A stretch of DNA of 64,000 bases, from NCBI GenBank assembly GCA_030704615.1, contig CM060734.1, positions 49,662,001 through 49,726,000 of the forward strand, in the 5' to 3' direction. Positions 24,881-35,629 of the stretch are shown piece after piece; the first letter of the stretch is position 1, and each line of letters begins with the position of its first letter. Position numbers and translations under genes: made by a program. This DNA comes from Takakia lepidozioides (lineage: Eukaryota > Plantae > Bryophyta). The notes beneath the pieces were generated by a model that was not told where the DNA came from, ran no database searches, and saw nothing but the letters and a program-made list of their open reading frames with translations.

Positions 24881-26429
24881 GGAATGATTCACTCGCAACT
24901 TCATTCTCAATCAATTGCGACCCAGTCTCTATTAAACTGGAGCATGATATTGATGTTGATATCAATTCAGATGTTAAGTTGATATGGCATGATGAAACTT
25001 GCGGAGCTTGTCTGCAATCACCTGAATCTCCTCAATCACCTATTGAAAATCAAGATGAGTCTTGTCTGTTTGTGAATTTCTACAATCATCTCGTGTCCCT
25101 CAATGTAGAGGATTTCGATGTTGCTTATGGTGCTCCTCGTCATGAGTCTCCTGATTCTCCTGTTCCGGTTGAGTGTCAGTTTCCTACTCACACTGTTTGA
25201 TGTATGTGCAAATTCAAGACAAATTCTCGGTTCTTTAATGTCAATGAAAATGAATTAGAGAATATTAATACAAGAGGCTGATGGATACACATATACCAGT
25301 GTAAATATACCCTCATGAATGAGTTCGAGCATTTCAGTTGCGCGAGTTCCTCACTCGACCTTGTGGGAACAGTTAGCGATGTTGAGATGGTTGCGGGTGT
25401 CTTCATTGCGAATGACTGCATCTCCTTCAAGCATAACAAACTTTTCATTGCTAATCCCTGCCAAATAACTCTAGCATATAGGTAATTCTCTTGGTTGTCC
25501 ACTCAAACCAATAACCAATGTTTTTTTAATGTCTTTTATGGTTTTCAATTTTAGGTGACTCGATCTCTGATGCCAAAGTAGAGCCTGATCTTTCCTTTTT
25601 GTTAACATGGAGTGAATGCAGGAACACCAACTCCAATTGGGTATAATGCACCTTACAGTTAGCAAGTGATGGCATTTTGATTTCCTGCCCTTCTTTTGAT
25701 ACACTTGTCTAGTATAATCTCGAAGCTCGTTCTAGCTTAGTCAATTTACCTGCAACAGACAACAGATTCTTTTTTAGCCTTGGTACATGAAGCATATCTT
25801 GTACTTGGGTTATCAAACCTGATGTCGTACTAATTGTTATTGTGACATGTCCTACAACATGTTGAGTGCTATCATCTCCTAGATATACATGCAAAGGAGA
25901 ATTGAAAGTCTGGTAGTGACTAAACCACTCACTGTTAAGTTTTATATGTTGCGATGCACCTGAGTCAAGATACCAGGTATCTTTATAAAGTGTACTTGCA
26001 TTCAGACAGACAATATACAATTGAATCCCCATTGTTTCCCTCCACTGTAGAAACAAAGACATTTCTTCGGGACACCAAAAGGACGATTGCTTATTACTTG
26101 GTTTCCTACATAGGGTTTTGGAGGAAATCCACTCCGTCCTTGATTGATTTTTTTCCGTTTCTTGCCTTGCTTTCCAGCATAAAATGCTGAAGATGACGAC
26201 CTCCATTTTTAGGAGACCCAAATGGCAAAGACGTTCATGGCTTCTCCTTGCTGTAACTTTCCACATAACATTGGAAGCGTCATCTCAGGTAGGTTAGTCA
26301 CGGTGGTTACAAAAGACCGCCATGAAGGAGGAAAACTCCCTAGGAGTTGCATACAAGCATCTTCATCTAAAATTTCCAGACGAGCTGCAGCCATCTGATT
26401 TAACATTCTTTGGAATATCTCTAGGATTA

Positions 26430-28135
26430 CACAAGAAACTTTTGGAGGATCCCTTGGGTGTGTTGCAGGGGAAGGGCCGATTCCCCCTGCAATCACACAG
26501 GGGATCCTTGTTTCCCCTGTTTCCCACAGAGGGAAAATTGACAATAAATCGTGTCAGGGGATCTGTGTGTCAGGGGACCAAACGTGGCTAAACTCGAATT
26601 AGGTTAGAATTTTGAGTTTTAAAGAGCTCTTCGAGTTTTTTGTGACTGGATTGGACGCTAGTTTTAGTGGCAGGTGGAGATAGGTGGAAATTATTTCTAG
26701 AGGGAGTACACCGTATACGGAAGCAAATGGGGGGGTTCGCCGTGCTGACGATCGGTTATGAATTGAGCTTTCCCCTGAAGAACAAGTGGTGGAGATGTTG
26801 GCAGAATGTGAAAGAATGAGGCACAACGTGTGCGATAGCACTGTGGAAGCGTCGTAAGTATGGAAGGAGGTGCCAATCCATTGTACTTTTTATCCCTGAA
26901 GGAAATGACTAGCCTTGTTTGTTTGTGGCTATGACAGTGGTTTTTGTGTGACTTCACAGGCCCATGCTGGGGAGCATACTCTTCACACTTAACCAAGTAT
27001 GGCTTTGATTGTAGTTTGTTTGTTCATTCTAAAAAATTGACTGATAACATTGTGTACATACCCTGTGTTGCATGAGACATTTGTTGTGTGGAATAGGCAG
27101 CATAGATTTAGCCCATGTCTTGGCTACTCCCATGGGGGTGATTCGCTCAGACAAACAGGGGCAAAGAGTCAGTACTCTAGCAGTTTTGAAATGTGCTAAT
27201 ACAAGAGGTCACATGTCTTGTGCCCTTGTGGCGCATTGTCCATTGGTTTCAATCATAGTGAGTCTGTACTGCATGTGGTTGAACTGAACTGGGGCACTCT
27301 GGCTCTGAGCAGCAAACTACAGGGCAGTTCGGTCTCTTTGCCTAAACAGCTTGAATGCTGAAAGAACATATACTCTGTTGAATTCTTTTATCGTTGTTTG
27401 TAACAAAGGTACTCTCTCACTCTCTCTCCCACTCTGTATTTGTGTACCTTGGATCCTTCAGGCCTCCCACATACATTTATCTGTCAGGCATTAGTGTGAG
27501 GGTTTGCTGCTGTTTTCTTTGGCAGGGATATACGCGCTGAATTATTTGTGTCATTTGGTCCTGTGGTGCTGTGGCACCATAGCTGGGGAGAATAAGGTGA
27601 AAGAGGGGCTTAAAATGTCTATCCAGGCCATTCAGGCAAGCTACCTGCTGACAAGCCCAAGCTGATCGATGTGGATCGGCTAATTGTTGAGCCCATTATT
27701 ACTTTGAATTTGAATTTGCTTTGAGCCAGATGGCCCTCCTTGTGGTGTGCAATCTACTGACCTTAGTCGAGGTGATGGCTACAGTCACCAAGGGTCCATT
27801 TATTTATTTTATTTTTTCTTCTTTCTTTAAAGGGGATGAAGCCCCGATAATTTATCTATGGGGAAAAAAAAACCATTTTCCCCTACTTAAAAATACACAT
27901 GTTATTCCCTGTGGTCTCATTTTTCCCTACTTAAATACACATGTTATTCCCCTGTGATCCCATTTTCCAAGGGTCCCATTTTCCCTACAAGACACATGGT
28001 ATTCCCTGTGGTCCCATTTTCCCCTCCGACACGAGGGGATCCTCGTGCGCAGCGAATTTCACTTCAAATCCCCTACGGCTTCGTGGGGGATTTGAAGTAT
28101 TTACCCAGCAGGGGACTAACCAAAAGATTCTTGTG
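26430..28135. mobile_element. Non-autonomous TIR element with CAC termini and 3-bp TTA TSD (CACTA/CMC-like)
   Basis: TIRs CACAAGAAACTTTTGG / CCAAAAGATTCTTGTG; TTA at 26427-26429 and 28136-28138; subterminal TTCCCCTG repeats. Excision restores the copia gag frame. Confidence 0.85.
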
Positions 28136-28387
28136 TTAATGCTATTACAGGTTCTCCCTCCGTCATCTCTAACCCCATGAATCTGTCCTTTAATCAACTG
28201 AGTTGCCCTATCTGTGCAATCATACAGACTTTTGAAATAGTCCCATATTTTGTTTAGACTTTGCCAGATTTCTTACCATCGCTATCTGACTGTCTCCGCA
28301 GTTCAGTAGGATGTCACAGATGGCCTTAACGTCTTTAAGAAGCCAAGCCTTCTTTTCATCATCCATCTTATGAACTCTGGCTCCAAC

Positions 28388-28615
28388 CAACCAACGGGGA
28401 GAACCGGCAGCTAGTTACATGCTAGCCGACTGATTTCGAGTATTTCCGAGTGAAAATTGAAACTTTCGGAAATTTACCCAGTATGTTCACATAGAAAATT
28501 GTCTATTGCAGTTACCATTAAGGGGAAGCAACCGACTCCCCAACCCACTTAGCGGGTTGGTTCTCAGAATGAGGGGCCATTGGCTGGTTCAACTGAAATT
28601 ATTTCCCGGACGCTG
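28388..28615. mobile_element. hAT-like MITE
   Basis: 8-bp TSD GCTCCAAC (28380-28387 and 28616-28623), CA..TG ends, imperfect TIR; interrupts copia gag. Confidence 0.7.
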
Positions 28616-29843
28616 GCTCCAACCCTTTTACAATGTGTACTAGATCATTTCTGGAAAGCACTATTTCGAGTTTGACTTTACAAATCGAATAAGTTATACT
28701 ATTTATTTTTTCGATCATTATTGACTGTGTTCAGCAGGAACTACTTGAGGAGCAGCCATGGAGAGCACTGATTGTTAGATCAGGTTTGTTCCAAGGGCAA
28801 TTCAACAGATCGGCTGTCTTTGTGGTGCAGTGCACCGATCGTTGGATCGGGCCAGTACCTAACTCCACATCAACCTGCACGAGAGAGGGAACTATACTCA
28901 ACAACAACTGAATCAAATTAAGTCTCAAAGTCTCCTTTTGAACAACAGATAGACGAAACCGTTCTGAACACCTGTAATTGTTCATGAACAGATCGATGAC
29001 TCCACATGAAGCCTAGACTTATGGATGAGATTATGTCATTCCAATAACCTCAGGGGATGCTTGTGAGAAAACCGAAAGAACACGTGTCTCACCATTAGAT
29101 AAGATAAGATCCTGCACGGAGGCTGGCTCGATTCTGGTTTGGTGGATAATGAGTGGATCATGTTGTAGTTAATAGCTGTAGATTCACTGCGATCTTGAAT
29201 GAGGTAACATTGACCAGCGATCAGTCTGAATAGGTAGGAGGACATGACGACTGACTGGGTGTTGACGGATTCTCACCCTAAGTCGCTGACGCAAAAGTTG
29301 GCAATCGTTACATTAATGATTGTATGGCTTGAGGCTCAGAGATGCTGAATCGGCCTAAACGTGTAAAGCTGAGTACTGGTCAGTATCTTACTTATGAAAA
29401 TATCTGTTTCCCGGTCTGGTTCAACTTCAACAGTAATTTGGTCAATGTACTCGCGACTGGAGCAAAGACTAAACTCATGTTCAATTTTGCCTGTTGCAAG
29501 TTCAATCATGAATTGTAACGTCCATTGAAGGTCTGCTGCTGCTCGTGTCCTCAGGCCTTGGCAGTTGTCAAGGCCTGCACCAACCTTTTGGCTGACTGTG
29601 TGCTCCTCGCATGCACAAACAGCACTGATCAACACCGTGTAGGTCATCATGTATCGTTATATTTTTTACTTGTAAAGCTGCCCTCCAACTTTACTGCCAG
29701 GTGCCTTTTCGCAATATCCATCAGCCCAGACAACTTTACTATGTACCCCGCCCAGTTTGGGAAGGTCAGGCGACCCGACACTGTGGGAAGAGCGAATCAG
29801 TGGGGCCGCATTACTATTGCTAAACTAATGAGGTACAGATATA

Positions 29844-30355
29844 CCGTAGTGGGATAGCCGGTTAGCCGAAATTAATTCGAAAAAAAAGTGCCTAATCAAA
29901 ATAAATTATTTTTGACATGAGTGCCTAATTAAAAAAACTTATCTTCAAAGAGAGCCTAATTGTCTAAAAGTGCCTATGGTATAAAAACTTGGATTTAAAT
30001 TAGAAAAACAAATAAAAAAATAGAAATTAAAATAAAAAATGACATCCATTTAAAGTGATATTCATTTAAAATGTCATCCATGGACTCAGTTTTCAATTTG
30101 CATCCATGGCCGCAGCTGAGTTTTCATTTGAAATGTCATCCATGGACTCAGTTTTCAATTTTCATCCATGCTGCGGCTGTATTTTTATATTTTTGTGTTT
30201 TCATTTTGTGACCATTATTTTTAGTTGCCTAATTTGAAAAAATTACACATCCAAGATGCCTAATTTAAAAGAATTTCTCAAAAGTGCCTAACTGCCAAAT
30301 GGCCCCAAAAATAATTATTAGGCAGGCAAGTGCCTAACCGTCTATCCCACTACGG
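29844..30355. mobile_element. Tc1/mariner-type MITE
   Basis: TIRs CCGTAGTGGGATAG.CGGTTAG / CTAACCG.CTATCCCACTACGG, TA on both sides, internal TGCCTAA repeats and a ~62-bp tandem duplication. Confidence 0.88.
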
Positions 30356-30727
30356 TATATATATGAGAAACACTAAGAAAATAAATTACAGAACAGGGGA
30401 CAGAGGCCCTGAGAATTTTATTGATAAATTATTAAAGGGAAAATATTAAACCCTTAGGTTGCCACACTTTTTTAGTTTCAATTAAATGGAGATAAAATGC
30501 ACTATTTCATGTTGTATATAACTTCATTTTCATTTTTCCTCAGTAGCTCAGCTGATTTGTCTGCAATTTCTGAGATATTCACTTTTATGAGAATAAATAC
30601 CGTGGCAAGCTCATATACCTTATAGGGACAAAAAATATATATATCTCCAACTGAGCTCTACAGATTTCTTTTTGGTTTTGCTAAGGATATTTCTGTGAAT
30701 GATTGTGGACTGTTAAGAAAAACGCAC

Positions 30728-30950
30728 ATGGGCTGGTAGCTAAGCCGGTAAGTGAATAGTGTGTCACTCTGGTGGTCGGGGTTCAAACCGGCTGCCCTGT
30801 CCGCGGTCTGTCTGGGCGTTGTTCGTTGTAGGTCCCATGGCCCATAATTGAAAGGGGGTTAATTTTTCCCCCTCCTCAAGGGCCTGAATTGTGGGCTGTA
30901 GCTCCCAGGTTTCCTTTCTGGAAAAAAACAAAAAAAAAACAAAAAAGGAA
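30728..30950 (+). mobile_element. tRNA-derived SINE
   Basis: A-box-like TAGCTAAGCCGG, B-box GGTTCAAACC, shared tail GGCCTGAATTGTG...GCTCCCAGG. Confidence 0.75.
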
Positions 30951-31022
30951 ACAAAAACGATTCATTCAACACTCGCTATGGATGAAATTGTTGACTTGAG
31001 CCATTTTTCATTATAATTGTTT

Positions 31023-31218
31023 AAAAAAAAAAAAAAGGATGGGAGCGACTGCTCACAATTCAGGCCCTTGAGGAGGGGGAAAAATTAACCCCCTTTCAGG
31101 TGGGAAACGTCACCACCAGACCAACCGGTCACGAACAATCCCCACACACCAGGCAGGGCAGCGGGTTTGAACCCCGAACCACCAGGGCGACACACTGTGC
31201 ACTTACCAGCTGATGTGC
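31023..31218 (-). mobile_element. tRNA-derived SINE (inverted copy)
   Basis: Reverse complement shows B-box GGTTCAAACCC and the same tail followed by a T run. Confidence 0.75.
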
Positions 31219-31544
31219 ATTATAATTATCTTCCAAGAAAAACTAGGGCTTGGCGTTGCTCCGCACTACTAGCAACGAATTCTGAGAACTATGTTCAATT
31301 TTTCACAAAAAGGGGCTGGGTCATCCCCACGGTGGTACATGCAGAGATCCCGTGTTTTGTTTTTTTTTGGAAGAAAAATGGCGGATCTGCATTTCAACAT
31401 TCAATTTTCACAAGCCGCATCAATCAATAACAACATACCCAAATACCCTTACATTCACTGTATGAACTTTCAAGCATCCATGGGATTGGATTTTGGTGGG
31501 TTAAGGCTAGCTTTTGACAATATTCATGCAAGTTCATCAAGGGC

Positions 31545-31985
31545 TCCATCCCCACAAGAACACACCCCATTGTTGAAGTGATGAAGGCAGATGGCATCCC
31601 TTGCAATAATTTCTCGTGCAACAATTTTGGATATCAACTTGGTGGCAGTGTGGCGGTCCCTACATACACGTAGGTTTTTAATGATGCGGATAGGTCCCAG
31701 GGGGTGTGCTAATGAGCCCAAAAGCAATGGCCTCCTTAATCTGCCAAGTCAATCTAGCATAGATCTCCTCTGCCTCGTGGGTGAGATCTATCTCCAACGG
31801 CAAATGTATACACCCTGTTTTCCACCTCAATCCAAGTGTGGTCTGGCTCCTTTTTCACCTCTGGCGTCCATTGTTTTTCTCACTTTTGCTACATCAGCCC
31901 ACCTACTAGCTGCAGCATAGATGTTTGAAAGCAGCACATACACTGCAGCATCTTGTGATTTCATCTTGAAAATACATTCTGTAGC
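31545..31985 (-). pseudogene. PPR E/DYW domain pseudogene fragment
   Basis: AVYVLLSNIYAAASRW (E domain) then [14 protein letters not shown]...[18 protein letters not shown]; the HxE region is deleted. Confidence 0.85.
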
Positions 31986-32047
31986 ACACTCAACCCAGAA
32001 TCACCTGGGTGGCACTCAGTGCTCTATCCAACTGAGCTACCGGCTGG
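31985..32047 (-). mobile_element. Isolated tRNA-like SINE head
   Basis: Reverse strand GCCGGTAGCTCAGTTGGATAGAGCACTGAGTGCCACCCAGG; similar to 55500-55550. Confidence 0.55.
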
Positions 32048-32227
32048 TGGTTCAAATTCAAAACCAGGCTTCAATTAGGGTTTGTGTTTTGTTTCGTATC
32101 CTTTTTGGGGATGCTATTATTTCCCTCCCTCCCCATTGGCTGCTGCAATCATCCCCTTTTTTTCGACCTTTGGGAATCGCCCTTTCCAGAATTTGCGACC
32201 CTCATTTATTCATTCCCAGCCTGGAGG

Positions 32228-32445
32228 GTGGGGGCACATTGGTTGGTAGTGTGCACATAGTGTCACCTCGGTGGTTCGGGGTTCGAACCCGCTGCCTGCC
32301 CTGTCTGTGCGTGGATTGTTCGTTGTAGTCTGTCTGGGCGTTGTTCGTCCAAGTCTCATGGCCCATAATTTTTTCCCCCTCCTCAAGGGCCTGATTTGCA
32401 CGGTGGGCTGTCGCTCCCAGGTTTCCTTTTATTTACTTTTTAAAA
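32228..32445 (+). mobile_element. tRNA-derived SINE
   Basis: B-box GGTTCGAACCC; body and tail match the 30728 copy. Confidence 0.75.
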
Positions 32446-32519
32446 AAGGGGCTGGGTTATTCTAGCGACGACCAAAGGTCGGAAGCTAGTTTAGCATAGA
32501 GTAGGAATAGGGTGCCATA

Positions 32520-32665
32520 GTGCCACGTCATTGTCGACATGTCATCGTCGCCATGTCATCGTAGACACGTCATCGTAGCCAGGTCATCGTCGTCGTCAAT
32601 TTCTTTGGAATCTGCCCGGACTTCCCGCGCGAAATAGGCCAATAGAAATCGCCGCGCCAACGTTT
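32520..32665 (+). promoter_or_regulatory. Candidate promoter: ACGTCA-type tandem motifs, E2F-like site, CCAAT
   Basis: About five ~15-bp repeats of (C)CAYGTCATCGT, TTCCCGCGCGAAA at 32622-32634, CCAAT at 32639. Followed by a CpG-rich leader and a GTAAG donor at 32926. Confidence 0.45.
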
Positions 32666-33879
32666 TTGGAACTCCCCGCAATGCCCGGATCTTGATCTTC
32701 TTGAACTGCAGGAGCTCTGCGTTTTCCGCCATCGTTCACCTTGCATACACAGGCATGGATAGCTGAAGGAGCAGGGATCGAGTGTGGAGCTTGCAAAGCA
32801 AAGAGCGGAGCAGATTGCGGCTCGGCTAGTCGGTACCGAGGGGAAGCAGCCCCGGACGGGGGACAGCCTGGATGAGCAGAACGGAGCTCGGGCGAATGGC
32901 CCCGAGTTGGACCAAGTCTATCCTGGTAAGGTTTTCACTGAGACGTAGCGTCGTGATGTTAAGTAAAGCGACTTCATGTTCTGTCGTAGATGTTATTTTA
33001 CAAGACTACCTTCTTTATGTGCACTTCAGCATTGCAAGGTCTCGTGACAGTAAATCAAAACTTATGCATTCGCGTAAACGATGTTTGTAGCAGCACCTCT
33101 CTGCCCTAAAATCTTTAGATTGTCTTTCGAGTGAAGGGAGTTATATTATGGGTCGTCCATGACCGTGGACTGCATTCCCTTCTCCTATGAAGCTTGATGG
33201 CTCCATGTCGGCCTCTGTGGAGTCTCAGTTACTATGCCTCCATTGCGTTGGATATCAATGCGTCCACTTTAGCCAGATTACCTATAATTCGAAAAGACAA
33301 CAAATGAGGAGGAGTTTCTTGCAGACGGAATCGGAAGCTTTCACTCGTAATTGGGTGGGAAAGAAGAAAAGTGCAGCTTAGATTACACCTTACTTCCTTG
33401 TTTCAGACCCGCACAGTGAGTCTCCGTGATTGATTTTCCATGAGCACGAAGGGTATGTCAAGTTGTGTTCAGATGCAGAAACAAAACTCGGTAGAATTCA
33501 CCACCGGGCTTCATGGTGTGGGTGAGCAGGTGATCGTGCTACCTCGCTGCCCAGCTCTCGTCAGAGGTCCAGCTGCTCAGAAACAGCTCCATTCTGACTG
33601 AGGAGAAGCTCGATTCATTGAAAAGGATTCATGAGCAAGAGGTAGGGCACATTCATATTTCAGACATGGTATACATCAGATACTTCATTTGCAAATCATG
33701 TTAACAGATCCAGATACAAGGCAAGTCTCCCGATTCCATAAGCAATGATATATCAAGCATATATTATAACGCCATTTCTAGTTTCTGCTTTTGCCACAAT
33801 TTCCCCATCCTGCTACCTTGTCGGGTGTGGTATATTCTTCTCCCCCTTGCCTGTCCCTCGAGCCTTCCGCTCTGCGCCC

Positions 33880-33990
33880 TATGGATGAGGTTATTTTCTC
33901 CTCTCACCAAAATTAAGCGGCCTGATTTGTGAGCGGTCGCTCCCGGGTATTTCCCTTAATTTTCACTTCAAAATGTTTTTTGTTTTTTTG
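33880..33990 (+). mobile_element. SINE 3' portion
   Basis: GGCCTGATTTGTGAGCGGTCGCTCCCGGGT tail shared with the other SINE copies. Confidence 0.55.
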
Positions 33991-34047
33991 AAGTCCAGCA
34001 TGGCAAACTAGAGGGACAGACGTCCCCTTCCATTGAAAAATAAAACA

Positions 34048-34074
34048 TAATAATAATAATAATAATAATAATAA
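34048..34074. repeat. (AAT)n microsatellite
   Basis: About nine perfect units. Confidence 0.9.
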
Positions 34075-35629
34075 ATGGGACAGCCCTGAGTTACACAGGA
34101 GTAAATTAAACGCACCAACAGACCAACATGTACGGGGTTTAGAGAATCCCAGCGCTGGCAGCTCGGTTAGGATAGTGGTGATAAGGGTAAATAGTTAAAT
34201 AATCTTGCTACCGCAGGGCGCCGTTCACGTGCTCCGTTATGGGGCCCTCGTGGGCGTGCCCTCTCCTTAGTCACTTCACTCACTAACCCTCCTTCCTCGC
34301 ACGCGGGGACACGTGCTTCTTCGACGCGTGGCATAACGCGTGAGACAGGGTACCAGATATTTACTGACCCGCGGACTGCAGCATGTGCATGATCCGCGCG
34401 CTGCCTCCCTTGTCGTCCATGTGGACAGATATCATCCCCACGTCCTCGATAATGAATGAATGTTGGGCGGCGTTGGTCGATGTCTCCTCCCGTCCCTTTG
34501 GATGTTGGGTAGTTAGACATGACAGAGGTCGATCGGTTTCGAGAATCGGGACGCGGGAGAAACCAAAACAAAATAAATACGTAAAGGTGCTGGACTATTG
34601 GCTAAACAGTCACGGCGACAGATAATGATGTGGGCCCTGTGGATGCGACTGAAATTAATTTCAGTGAAATTACGAAAATTATTTACTTTATTTATCTGAT
34701 GAAAGGGCAAAAAGAATTTTTTGTGTGAAAAAAAAAAATCAGCTGCCTTCTCTATTCTCAACGCAATAAAGAGGGATTTTCTTCCCCACTGCTTTCCTTC
34801 GGGAGAACAAGAAACAAAAACTGGGGAAAGGACTCGATGGAACATTTCTGCAAAAGAGAATACTGGCGGAACCACTTTTTCTGTGGAGAGGCCAGACGCC
34901 AGCGATGGAGGATTATTCCCTTCTCAGAGTTGCAGAAAGCTGCGATATTTTGTTTGTTGTTGGAAAGAAGAAACAACGGGTTTGATATGGCTGCTTTTTA
35001 ACAAATCTTGCTCTGCACTCTCCAGTCTTTATGATCCTGTCTTATCGGGATTGAATGGTCTCCTACTAGTCCTATCCGACTTATTAATGCTTTGGTTTCC
35101 AAAAATTTTACTGCACTGTCGAGTCTGCCTGTGAGTCCGGTCTCTCATCAAGCTCACGATTATCTTCTCCACCTAAGTGTTTGGCTGCTCGAAAGCTATG
35201 ATGCCTTCCTTCAGCTCCAGGAAAGGGTTTTCGTTAAGTTTTTTTCTTCAATTTGCTGTCTCCCTCCTCTCCTCACCGGATGTCCGGTTTCTGTAATGTG
35301 GGTTGCCTTTCAGCCTGGGTATCTGCTGAAGACTGACATGCACGTGGGGAGTAAGGTTTCATAGCCACAGCACTGTCTTGACATGGAAGAATTTACACTT
35401 ACACCTCCATAGATCAGCGCGGGGTGACAGTTTTCCGTGGGAGATGTTTTCCCAGGGTTGTTTCATGTTCAAATCTCCGTTTTGTGGGATTGGTGGTGGA
35501 GCTCATTGTTGCACGGATATCATATGCAAGGTCTAAAGCTGAACAACCCAAAGTTTTACCGAATACGAATTCTTGCGCATGTGTGCTCTACGATAGTGGG
35601 ACAGTGGGAACATCGCGTAGAGGCCGGCG

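Larger units (their letters stand above)
24885..28700 (-). mobile_element. Degenerate Ty1/copia gag-protease-integrase fragment hosting two nested DNA elements
   Basis: YSICKVKLEIVL..DL (gag N-terminus), LLGSFPPSW, WYLDSGASQH, VPRLKKNLLSV and LWHQR motifs. Confidence 0.8.

Noticed and set aside
27870-28025. ~44-bp repeats as a CRISPR-like array
   Set aside because: Units are contiguous and degenerate with no unique spacers; they are subterminal repeats of a TIR element in eukaryotic DNA.
29336-29650. PPR-like start MTYTVLISA
   Set aside because: A single partial motif with no continuation.
31985-32047. Functional tRNA gene
   Set aside because: The T-arm and acceptor 3' strand are missing and the anticodon loop is abnormal; it matches the SINE heads.
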